Sequence record: SRR31156797_3865
Strand: one strand, 5' to 3'
Length of the DNA stretch: 33,713 nt
Part shown: piece by piece, positions 26,163 through 33,713 of the stretch
Position numbering within the stretch: position 1 is the first letter of the stretch
How the letters are laid out: each line of letters opens with the position of its first letter
The notes under the pieces: model-generated
Seen by the model: only the letters and a program-made list of their open reading frames with translations
The model's database searches: none
Told to the model about the DNA's origin: nothing
Made by a program: the position numbers and the translations under genes

Positions 26163-27941
26163 ATGGAAAAATTACAAGTAACAGTAGATATAGGTAGCTC
26201 GGGAATAGCAGCCGGCGCCGGAAAAGTAAATACAAGACTTAAAGAAATAGTAGCACAAGATAATCTTCCGGTTAATTTAAAACAAACCAGTGGAATTGGG
26301 ATGTGTTACAAAGAACCGCTCGTTGAAATTAAAGATGCAGATGGCACTTATTTATATGGTGATATGACGCCAGAGTTGATTGAAGATGTGCTGAATAGCC
26401 ATTTGAAATTAAATGTGCCTTTAGAAAAATATGTGGTGCATACAGCCAACTTTGATACAGATCACAATGCTTTTATGAATGACCAGGTGAGAATAGCACT
26501 GCGTAATTGCGGTGTAATTGATCCTGAAATTATTGAAGAATATGAAGCTCAGGGCGGATATGAAGCCATTAAAAAGTTATTGAAAGATAAGGCTGAGCCC
26601 ACTGACGTAATCCAAACCATCTTAGACTCTGGTATTCGCGGTCGCGGTGGTGGTGGATTTCCCACAGGACTAAAGTGGAAATTTGCATACAACAGTAAAT
26701 CCGAAGAAAAATATGTAATATGTAATGCCGATGAGGGTGATCCCGGAGCATTTATGGATCGTTCATTATTAGAAGGCGATCCACATGCAGTTTTGGAAGG
26801 AATGATTATTGGCGCTTATGCCATGGAAGCAACAGGTGGCATTATTTACTGTCGTGCTGAGTATCCTTTAGCCATTAAGCGTTTAAATATAGCAATTGAG
26901 CAGGCTCATAAGAAGGGATATTTAGGAAAAAACATCTTTGGCATAGAAGGATTCAATTTTGATATTTATGTGAAAGAGGGAGCAGGTGCATTTGTTTGCG
27001 GTGAAGAAACTGCATTGATAGCATCTATTGAGGGTGAGCGAGGTATGCCTCGAAAACGTCCGCCTTTCCCTGCTGTTAGAGGATTGTGGGATAAACCGTC
27101 GAATATCAATAACGTGGAAACGCTAGCTAATATTCCATGGATCATAAGTAATGGAGCTGAAAAGTATGCTTCATATGGAACTGAAAAAAGCAAGGGAACA
27201 AAAGTATTTGCTCTTGCCGGAAAAATTAATCGAGGTGGATTGGTTGAGGTGCCCATGGGAATTTCTTTGGAGGAAGTTATTTTCAAATTAGGAGGCGGTA
27301 TTCCTGATGGTAAAAAGTTAAAAGCAGTACAGCTTGGAGGTCCATCAGGTGGTTGTATTCCTTCGCATTTAATGGATACTAAAGTTGATTATGATAGTGT
27401 TACAGCTACCGGAGCTATTATGGGGTCAGGTGGTTTGGTTGTGATGGACGAAACTACTTGTATGGTGGATGTCGCCAGATTCTTCCTGGATTTTACACGA
27501 AAAGAATCATGTGGAAAGTGTACTTTCTGTCGTATTGGAACTATGCGCATGCTTGAAATTTTGGAGCGAATTACAGAAGGAAAAGGAAAACCAGAGGATA
27601 TTGATAATCTTTTGGAATTGGGTGAAGAAATCAAGAAAAACTCACTTTGTGGTTTGGGACAAACAGCACCAAATCCTGTATTGACTACTATTCGCTATTT
27701 CCGTGATGAATATGAAGCGCATATAAATGACAAAAAATGTCCTTCTCATCATTGTAAAGCATTATTAGACTATGAAATTGATGCTGAGAAATGTACAGGC
27801 TGCACAGTCTGCGCTAAAGCTTGTCCAACTGATGCTATTACTGGTGCTCGTAAAGAAGTGCATGTATTAGATCAGGAGAAATGTATTCGCTGCGGTGAGT
27901 GCTACAGCAAGTGTAATTTTGATGCAATTTTAGTTTCGTAA
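26163..27941 (+). CDS. NuoF/HydB-like FMN/NADH-binding subunit with C-terminal 2x[4Fe-4S] domain
   Basis: GRGGGGFPTG, CNADEGDPGAFMDRS, GAGAFVCGEETAL, GGPSGGC, ESCGKCTFCRIG, LCGLG, CTGCTVCAKACP and CIRCGECYSKC. Confidence 0.95.
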   Translation: MEKLQVTVDIGSSGIAAGAGKVNTRLKEIVAQDNLPVNLKQTSGIGMCYKEPLVEIKDADGTYLYGDMTPELIEDVLNSHLKLNVPLEKYVVHTANFDTDHNAFMNDQVRIALRNCGVIDPEIIEEYEAQGGYEAIKKLLKDKAEPTDVIQTILDSGIRGRGGGGFPTGLKWKFAYNSKSEEKYVICNADEGDPGAFMDRSLLEGDPHAVLEGMIIGAYAMEATGGIIYCRAEYPLAIKRLNIAIEQAHKKGYLGKNIFGIEGFNFDIYVKEGAGAFVCGEETALIASIEGERGMPRKRPPFPAVRGLWDKPSNINNVETLANIPWIISNGAEKYASYGTEKSKGTKVFALAGKINRGGLVEVPMGISLEEVIFKLGGGIPDGKKLKAVQLGGPSGGCIPSHLMDTKVDYDSVTATGAIMGSGGLVVMDETTCMVDVARFFLDFTRKESCGKCTFCRIGTMRMLEILERITEGKGKPEDIDNLLELGEEIKKNSLCGLGQTAPNPVLTTIRYFRDEYEAHINDKKCPSHHCKALLDYEIDAEKCTGCTVCAKACPTDAITGARKEVHVLDQEKCIRCGECYSKCNFDAILVS

Positions 27942-27961
27942 CCCATTGACAAACAAGAATT

Positions 27962-30900
27962 ATGAGTGAAAAGGTAAATATAATTTTAAACGGTAAACAT
28001 ACAACGGCTAATGCCGGTGATACTATATTAGAAGTAGCAAGAAATCATGGAATTGATATTCCAACTTTATGCTACGATGATCGCTTGAAACCCAATTCAT
28101 CATGCTTTGTTTGTGTGGTGGAAGTGGACCAAAATGGTAAAAAAGGTATGCAGCCTTCATGCAGCACATTTGTAAATGAGGGAATGCACATCAATACTTC
28201 AAATGATGCAGTTAGAAAATCACGCAAAACAGCGTTGGAATTACTGCTTAGTAATCACTATGCAGACTGTGTTGGGCCATGTACAGTTGAATGTCCTGCA
28301 GGTGTGGATGTACAGGGATATATTTCACTAATTGAAAAAGAACGCTATAGTGAAGCTATTGCACTGATTAAGGAAACTAATCCTTTACCTGCTATTTGTG
28401 GTAGAGTATGTGTGCGTCCTTGCGAAGTGGCTTGTCGCCGAAATTTATTGGATGAAGACAATGCAGTAGGTATTGATTATTTGAAACGTTTTGCAGCCGA
28501 TCAGGATATGCAGAATGAATATTACATTCAACCTGAACTGGCCGAATCAACTGGAAAGAAAGTTGCAATAATTGGTGCTGGTCCCGGTGGATTATCAGCT
28601 GCATGGTTTTTACAGCAAAAAGGACATCAATGTGATATATTTGAAGCTCAGCCATATGCCGGAGGTTGGTTACGATATGGAATTCCAGAATATCGACTAC
28701 CAAATGATATTTTAGATAAAGAGGTAGCACGGATTACCGAATTGGGTGTAAATATTCACTACAATCAAAAATTGGGCGATAATTTAAGTTATGCCAAGTT
28801 AGATAAAGAATATGATGCTACTATCTTGACTATTGGTTCGCAGCGTGGTACATTATTGCGTGCGGAAGGTGAGGATGCTGAAGGAGTTTATTCTGGTATT
28901 GACTTCCTCCGTAACATGGAAATGACAGGTCAGCGTTACGATTTCAAAGGTAAAAAAGTGGCTGTTGTAGGTGGAGGAAATACGGCTATGGATTGTTGTC
29001 GTACAGCTTTGCGTTGTGGATCTACTGATGTAAAGATTATCTACCGTCGTACAGAAAAAGAGATGCCTGCAAATCCAATTGAGATTCATGAGTCGAAACT
29101 GGAAGGTGTTAAATATGATTTACTTACAAATCCAGTGCGCGTAAATCAAACTGAAAATGGCAAAGTGAAGAGTATGACGCTGATTAAGATGGAGTTGGGT
29201 GAGCCTGATGAGTCTGGTCGTCGTCGTCCTCAACCTGTAGAAGGTTCTGAATACGATGAGGAGTTTGATTATATTTTAGCTGCCATTGGACAAAAAACGG
29301 AAATTAATTTCCTTGATGATGTAAATCGCAATGCCAGCAATGGTGAACTGAAAGCTAATCGTTGGGGCGATATTGATGCTGATGAAGCTACACTACAAAC
29401 AGGTATACCTTCCATGTTTGCTGCAGGTGATGGTGTAACCGGCCCTGCAACCATTATTGAAGCTGTGGCGCAAGCTAAAATAGCAGCGCATAGTTGTCAT
29501 CAGTTTTTGATGGGCGAGGAGCTTAAACCTGAAGGTAAGGAGTTTTTCAGTCGTCGTGATAACTTCAAAAAGCAGGATCCTAAAGATTATGCTGATAGAT
29601 ACCAAAAGCAACAACGCGAAGAGATGCCAACTTTAGCTGAGGATATCCGTGTGAATTTCAATGAAGTTGAATTGGGTTATGACAGCTCTGATGTGGCTAA
29701 AAATGAAACCAAACGTTGTCTTGAATGTGGTTGTACTGCTTTACACACTTGTGATTTAAAAGCTTTTGCAACAGAGTATCAAGCTGAGCAAAAAGTATAT
29801 GATGGTGAATTTAAAGACGTTCCAGTCGATCATACACATCCATTTGTTGAAATAGATACCAATAAATGTGTGTTATGTACCCGTTGCGTGCGTGTATGTA
29901 AAAACATTGTGGGAGCTAATGCACTTGGTTTAGTAGAGCGTGGATTTGATACGCATATTGCTCCGGCAATGGGTGAGTCGTTGCTAGATACCAATTGTGA
30001 GTCGTGCGGAATGTGTATTTCTGCTTGTCCAACAGGAGCTATCACTGAAAATGTAATGTTCAAACCATTACCACTTGATATGCAGGTGATAAATACTATA
30101 TGTAACTATTGCAGTGTTGGTTGTGAAATAGAAATTCATCACAAAGATGGATTTGTTACAGCTGTTGAAGGTGCTAAAGGTAGAGTCAATGAGGATGGCA
30201 ATATTTGTAAATTTGCTCGTTTTGGGTATCATTATTTGAATGATAAGAACCGAATAACCAAACCTATGGTAAAAGATGGTAACTCATTCAAGGAAGTTAC
30301 ATTTGATGAGGCTTTTGCTATCATAAAAGATAAAATGGTTACTGGTAATACTTCTGCTGTATTTGCCGGAGCTCGTTTATCTAATGAAGAACAATACCTG
30401 GCTGGGAAACTAGCAAAAGAAGCTATCAAAACGGAGAATATAGGTAGTTTCCATTATTTAGGTCGCGAGTATGGTTATTTGAATAATAACAATCGCAATG
30501 TACCATTTGATCAGTTGAATGATGTAAGAAAATTCTTCCTATTGGGTTCTGAAATTAATACAGATAATGGTGTTGCAGGTTTCAAAGTGATGGAAACGGT
30601 CATTCAAAACGAGGCTGAACTGACTGTTATCACTGAGAAAGAAGAATCAGCAGTTTCTTATAAAGCCAATGAAACGGTAAAAATTGATTCCTACTACCAT
30701 TTTGTGAAGGCAATGAATTATTATCTGGTTAATGAGGGTAAAGAAAATCAAATGTTTATTGGGGCTCAATGCGAAGAATTTGAAACCTATAAAACTCAAT
30801 TGCTTCAAGAGGATTACAAAGCACTTGTAAATAAGGCTGGTGTGGGTGAGCAAATGGTTGAAAAAGTTGCCAATGCTTATAATGTAGACCCTAATGCTTT

Positions 30901-31633
30901 ATTGATATTTGCTGAAAATCAGATAGATACTTCAACAAGTATTGAGATTCACAATTTTGCTTTAATTACAGGAAAACTGGGTAAAACTGCCATGGGAATT
31001 TTAGCGCTTAAGGAGAAAAATAATTCTCAAGGATTGTTAGATATGGGAATTGCACCGGCATTGGAAATTGGTGGTGTACTGAATAATCCGGTCAATGGAA
31101 ATCTAAAAATGAAGGTTGAAGAGGGAGCATTTGAAAATCTCATGATTTTGGGTGAAGATCCGGTTGGAACGGCAAAAGACTCATCTGTTGTGAAAACGCT
31201 TATGGACAATACTAAGTTTATAGTTGTTCAGGATGCTTTCATGACTGAGACTGCAAAACAAGCTGATGTAATTTTACCGGCTTCATTTACATTAGAATCT
31301 GAAGGAAGTTTCACTAATACTAATCGTACAATTCAGCAATTCAAAGCTCAATGGTCTGCAAAAACTGAAAAAACCAGTATTGACCAATTGTCTGAATTAG
31401 CTAAAATGTTTGGGGTTGAAGTACCTCAAGATGCAGCGGACATAATGGATGCTATTGCAGGTGAACTTCCGGCTCAGAAAGATGAAAAGCAACAATTTGT
31501 CTACACTGATAAAAAAGGAGAAAATGCTCTGTTTAATCATGGTGCAGATGCTATCACTAAGCAATTTGATGATATGTTCGAGCAGGCATTTGAACAGTCT
31601 CATATTAGTGTAGAAGAAAAAGTTTACGGATAA
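27962..31633 (+). CDS. Large Fe-S flavoprotein: [2Fe-2S] + GltD/NfnB-like FAD/NADPH module + 2x[4Fe-4S] + NuoG/molybdopterin-oxidoreductase-like domain
   Basis: IPTLC..SSCFVC..PSC; PCTVECP; CGRVCVRPCE..C; GAGPGG; YGIPEYRLP; GGGNTAMD; YRR; AGDGVTGP; CVLCTRCVRVC; CESCGMCISACP; CNYCSVGC..ICK; TETAKQADVILP; EGSFTN. Confidence 0.9.
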   Translation: MSEKVNIILNGKHTTANAGDTILEVARNHGIDIPTLCYDDRLKPNSSCFVCVVEVDQNGKKGMQPSCSTFVNEGMHINTSNDAVRKSRKTALELLLSNHYADCVGPCTVECPAGVDVQGYISLIEKERYSEAIALIKETNPLPAICGRVCVRPCEVACRRNLLDEDNAVGIDYLKRFAADQDMQNEYYIQPELAESTGKKVAIIGAGPGGLSAAWFLQQKGHQCDIFEAQPYAGGWLRYGIPEYRLPNDILDKEVARITELGVNIHYNQKLGDNLSYAKLDKEYDATILTIGSQRGTLLRAEGEDAEGVYSGIDFLRNMEMTGQRYDFKGKKVAVVGGGNTAMDCCRTALRCGSTDVKIIYRRTEKEMPANPIEIHESKLEGVKYDLLTNPVRVNQTENGKVKSMTLIKMELGEPDESGRRRPQPVEGSEYDEEFDYILAAIGQKTEINFLDDVNRNASNGELKANRWGDIDADEATLQTGIPSMFAAGDGVTGPATIIEAVAQAKIAAHSCHQFLMGEELKPEGKEFFSRRDNFKKQDPKDYADRYQKQQREEMPTLAEDIRVNFNEVELGYDSSDVAKNETKRCLECGCTALHTCDLKAFATEYQAEQKVYDGEFKDVPVDHTHPFVEIDTNKCVLCTRCVRVCKNIVGANALGLVERGFDTHIAPAMGESLLDTNCESCGMCISACPTGAITENVMFKPLPLDMQVINTICNYCSVGCEIEIHHKDGFVTAVEGAKGRVNEDGNICKFARFGYHYLNDKNRITKPMVKDGNSFKEVTFDEAFAIIKDKMVTGNTSAVFAGARLSNEEQYLAGKLAKEAIKTENIGSFHYLGREYGYLNNNNRNVPFDQLNDVRKFFLLGSEINTDNGVAGFKVMETVIQNEAELTVITEKEESAVSYKANETVKIDSYYHFVKAMNYYLVNEGKENQMFIGAQCEEFETYKTQLLQEDYKALVNKAGVGEQMVEKVANAYNVDPNALLIFAENQIDTSTSIEIHNFALITGKLGKTAMGILALKEKNNSQGLLDMGIAPALEIGGVLNNPVNGNLKMKVEEGAFENLMILGEDPVGTAKDSSVVKTLMDNTKFIVVQDAFMTETAKQADVILPASFTLESEGSFTNTNRTIQQFKAQWSAKTEKTSIDQLSELAKMFGVEVPQDAADIMDAIAGELPAQKDEKQQFVYTDKKGENALFNHGADAITKQFDDMFEQAFEQSHISVEEKVYG

Positions 31634-31653
31634 TAATTAAAATAAATACTGCC

Positions 31654-32109
31654 ATGGAAAATTTTAAGAACATCGATGAAATATTGGATTTTGCCATTCA
31701 AAGTGAGCAAGATGCCGTTGATTTCTATAGTAAATTAGCCAGGAAAGCAAAAACTAAAGATATGGAAGATATCTTTGAGGACTTTGCTCAGGAAGAAGTG
31801 AAGCATAAAGCACGATTACTAGATATCAAAGAAAAAGGATCATTTGAAGTATCTGATGAAAAAGTAGCTGATCTTCAAATTGCTGATTATACGACTAAAG
31901 TTCAACCAACAGATGATATGAGTTATCAGGATGCTTTGGTGCTTGCAATGCAAAAGGAGAAAGCTGCTTTTAAATTATATTCAAATTTAGCTGAGCGCGC
32001 TCCTAATGATGAAATGAAAGCTTTATTTCAATCACTCGCCATGGAAGAATCAAAACATAAGTTGCGATTCGAATTGGAATATGACGATAATGTGTTGAGA
32101 GAGAACTAA
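31654..32109 (+). CDS. Rubrerythrin-like ferritin-fold di-iron protein (no rubredoxin domain)
   Basis: Two-fold repeat: AIQSE..A..FY...EEVKH and AMQKE..A..LY...EESKH. Confidence 0.88.
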   Translation: MENFKNIDEILDFAIQSEQDAVDFYSKLARKAKTKDMEDIFEDFAQEEVKHKARLLDIKEKGSFEVSDEKVADLQIADYTTKVQPTDDMSYQDALVLAMQKEKAAFKLYSNLAERAPNDEMKALFQSLAMEESKHKLRFELEYDDNVLREN

Positions 32110-32129
32110 TAACAAATGCTATTGTTATG

Positions 32130-32160
32130 AAAAGGTCGGATGATTATCCGGCCTTTTTTT
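32130..32160 (+). terminator. Intrinsic terminator of the oxidoreductase-ferritin operon
   Basis: AAAAGGTCGGAT-gatt-ATCCGGCCTTTTTTT. Confidence 0.85.
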
Positions 32161-32270
32161 ATGGCGTGGAATTACCTGCATTTTAATATCTAATAATTTT
32201 TTTTTTGAGTAAAATCACCCATGCATTGATTGAATAAATGTAGGAAATTTGAATAATTGAAATGGTTAGA

Positions 32271-32385
32271 TTAACCAGAGATCCGGAATTTAATAAACCG
32301 AGTTTAGAAAGAATCAATCCAAATGAATATATTGAAGTCATGGCAATTATAGGGGGTTTGCAATGATTTCAGAATTTTTGGTTAA
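32271..32385 (+). other. Candidate structured RNA overlapping a 34-codon ORF (32262-32366)
   Basis: Outer stem 32271-32282/32374-32385 (two G-U pairs) encloses inner stem 32333-32346/32358-32371. Confidence 0.35.
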
Positions 32386-32400
32386 CTTATTTTAGAGAAG

Positions 32401-32432
32401 AGCGTCATCATTTGGGGGATGACGCTTTTTTT
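32401..32432 (+). terminator. Intrinsic terminator 65 nt upstream of the porin gene
   Basis: AGCGTCATC-atttgggg-GATGACGCT followed by a T-run. Confidence 0.8.
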
Positions 32433-32497
32433 GTGCAAATAATATTTCCCAACATGTTTTTCTTAAATTTACATCTTTAAAATTTAATAACCACATT

Positions 32498-33229
32498 ATG
32501 AATAAGTATATCAAGACAATATCATTGGGTTTAACGTTTTTAATGCTGTTTTCAAGTTATTCATTTTCATCAAATAAGAGTGATAGCACTAAGGTTGATG
32601 CTGATTTAGGAATGGATCTCGTATCTCGTTTTGTATGGCGGGGTTTAACAGTTAATAATCGACCTAATTTTCAACCTTATTTTGAAATAGGATATTCCAA
32701 TTTTATGGTTGGAGCCTGGGGATCATATTCCACATCAAATAATTATGGTGAGGTTGATTTGTATTTGGGTTACTCAAATAAAGGTTTTACAGTTTTGGTA
32801 AGTGATTATTTTGTAGAAAATGAGGAGAATTTTGGAGAATTTGACTACCTCAATTGGAAAGATAAAGTTACAGGTCATGCCGTTGAAGGTAATATCGCCT
32901 ATGAATTACAAGGGAATGTCCCTTTGTCATTTTCTATAAATACGTTCCTTTACGGTTTTGATAAAAAAGATAATGGTGACAATTATTACTCTACCTGGAT
33001 TGATATTAAATACCCGTTTAAGATTAACAAACTCGATTTTGAAGCACATATTGGAGGAACCCCCGCCAAAGGATTATACAGTGAAAAGGAAGCTGCCATT
33101 ACAAGTATTGGATTAAATGCAACCAAAAACATTGAGCTGTCTACGAAATATAGTATTCCACTAACTCTTTCATTAGTAGTAAATCCAAAAGCGGAGGATG
33201 TGTTTTTGACAGCGATTTTAAGTTTTTAA
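32498..33229 (+). CDS. Putative outer-membrane beta-barrel (TorF-like putative porin)
   Basis: Signal peptide; DLVSRFVWRG, QP, GAWGS and EVDLYLGY motifs; C-terminal Phe. Confidence 0.7.
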   Translation: MNKYIKTISLGLTFLMLFSSYSFSSNKSDSTKVDADLGMDLVSRFVWRGLTVNNRPNFQPYFEIGYSNFMVGAWGSYSTSNNYGEVDLYLGYSNKGFTVLVSDYFVENEENFGEFDYLNWKDKVTGHAVEGNIAYELQGNVPLSFSINTFLYGFDKKDNGDNYYSTWIDIKYPFKINKLDFEAHIGGTPAKGLYSEKEAAITSIGLNATKNIELSTKYSIPLTLSLVVNPKAEDVFLTAILSF

Positions 33230-33367
33230 AATAAAATAAGCATTAATTAATCTTTTACTTTGAACCTTTACCTGAGACTGAAATTTTGCTACATCCTGAA
33301 TTCTAAATTCTGATTTTTATACACTAAACTCCTGACAAATATCTTCTTTTTTAACATCCTAAATGAT

Positions 33368-33375
33368 TACATTTG
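33368..33375 (+). promoter_or_regulatory. Bacteroidota -7 promoter box TACATTTG(C) for gcvT
   Basis: Exact TAnnTTTG 41 nt upstream of ATG 33417. Confidence 0.7.
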
Positions 33376-33416
33376 CGGTTAATTAACATTTTAATCAATT
33401 ATTTAAATTTAATATA

Positions 33417-33713
33417 ATGAAAACCACAGCTTTCACTAAATTTCATGAAGAGTTGGGTGCTCGCATGGTAGAGTTCGCAGGTTTTAAAATGCCCATTGAA
33501 TATACTGGTATTAAAGATGAACATGCCAATGTTCGTGAAAAGATGGGTGTATTTGATGTATCGCACATGGGAGAATTTTGGGTTAAAGGTCCAAAAGCAT
33601 TTGATTTAATACAAAAAATCACAACCAATGATGTGGCTGCTTTATTTAATGGTAAAGTGCAATATAGCTGTATGCCTAATGGCAATGGTGGTATTGTTGA
33701 TGATTTGTTGGTT
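33417..33713 (+). CDS. gcvT: Glycine cleavage system aminomethyltransferase T (5' partial; absent from the ORF track)
   Basis: Manual translation [54 protein letters not shown]...GGIVDDLLV, running off the window edge. Confidence 0.95.
   Translation, partial: MKTTAFTKFHEELGARMVEFAGFKMPIEYTGIKDEHANVREKMGVFDVSHMGEFWVKGPKAFDLIQKITTNDVAALFNGKVQYSCMPNGNGGIVDDLLV

Noticed and set aside
1397-31603. Numerous 60-112 aa ORFs antisense to or out of frame within long genes (e.g. 1397-1588, 3435-3653, 12629-12889, 15916-16248, 26966-27286, 28392-28730)
   Set aside because: They largely or fully overlap well-supported CDSs and show no recognisable motifs; shadow ORFs.
25600-31633. Calling the operon complex I (nuoEFG), [FeFe]-hydrogenase, formate dehydrogenase or glutamate synthase
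   Set aside because: No membrane nuo genes, no H-cluster motifs, no Mo-ligand Cys/Sec-His motif or in-frame TGA, and no gltB.
33253-33321. Weak 6-7 bp periodicity (tcctgaa ttctaaa ttctgat)
   Set aside because: Only about 3 degenerate units in AT-rich DNA; cannot be separated from chance.
33230-33416. Glycine riboswitch upstream of gcvT
   Set aside because: No GGAGA/CCGAAG/CTCTCAGG-type aptamer elements, and the -7 box lies only 41 nt from the ATG, leaving no room.
33443-33685. 80-aa minus-strand ORF in the track
   Set aside because: It is the antisense shadow of gcvT, which starts at 33417 on the plus strand.

Overview
AT-rich chromosomal window, most likely from a Bacteroidota (Bacteroidales/Marinilabiliales-like) anaerobe. 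This is inferred from TAnnTTTG promoter boxes, A/T-rich translation starts without Shine-Dalgarno sites, lipoprotein signals and a beta-propeller/Y_Y_Y sensor. Left to right: (1) a TonB-dependent receptor preceded by a 112-aa membrane-anchored ORF ending in an RPPP arrest-like motif; (2) a divergent ~9.7-kb respiratory cluster: DsrE-like lipoprotein, HMA lipoprotein, Tat-exported NrfC-like Fe-S protein with two missing Cys ligands, NrfD-family membrane subunit, membrane-anchored monohaem cytochrome c, DoxX, SCO, an A2-type haem-copper oxidase (order I-III-IV-II) and haem O synthase, followed by tatA-tatC; (3) ordinary genes: amidase, EamA/DMT transporter, propeller/Y_Y_Y/PP2C sensor phosphatase, WbqC, MBL-fold hydrolase, YihY, S9 peptidase; (4) a NuoE/NuoF/GltD-NuoG-fusion three-subunit flavoenzyme with electron-bifurcation signatures plus a rubrerythrin-like ferritin; (5) a structured intergenic unit closed by a terminator, a putative porin and the 5' end of gcvT. 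Several intergenic spacers carry strand-asymmetric 7-9 bp tandem repeats. No rRNA, tRNA, CRISPR array or intact mobile element was seen. All family assignments are by visual motif recognition; no database search was run.
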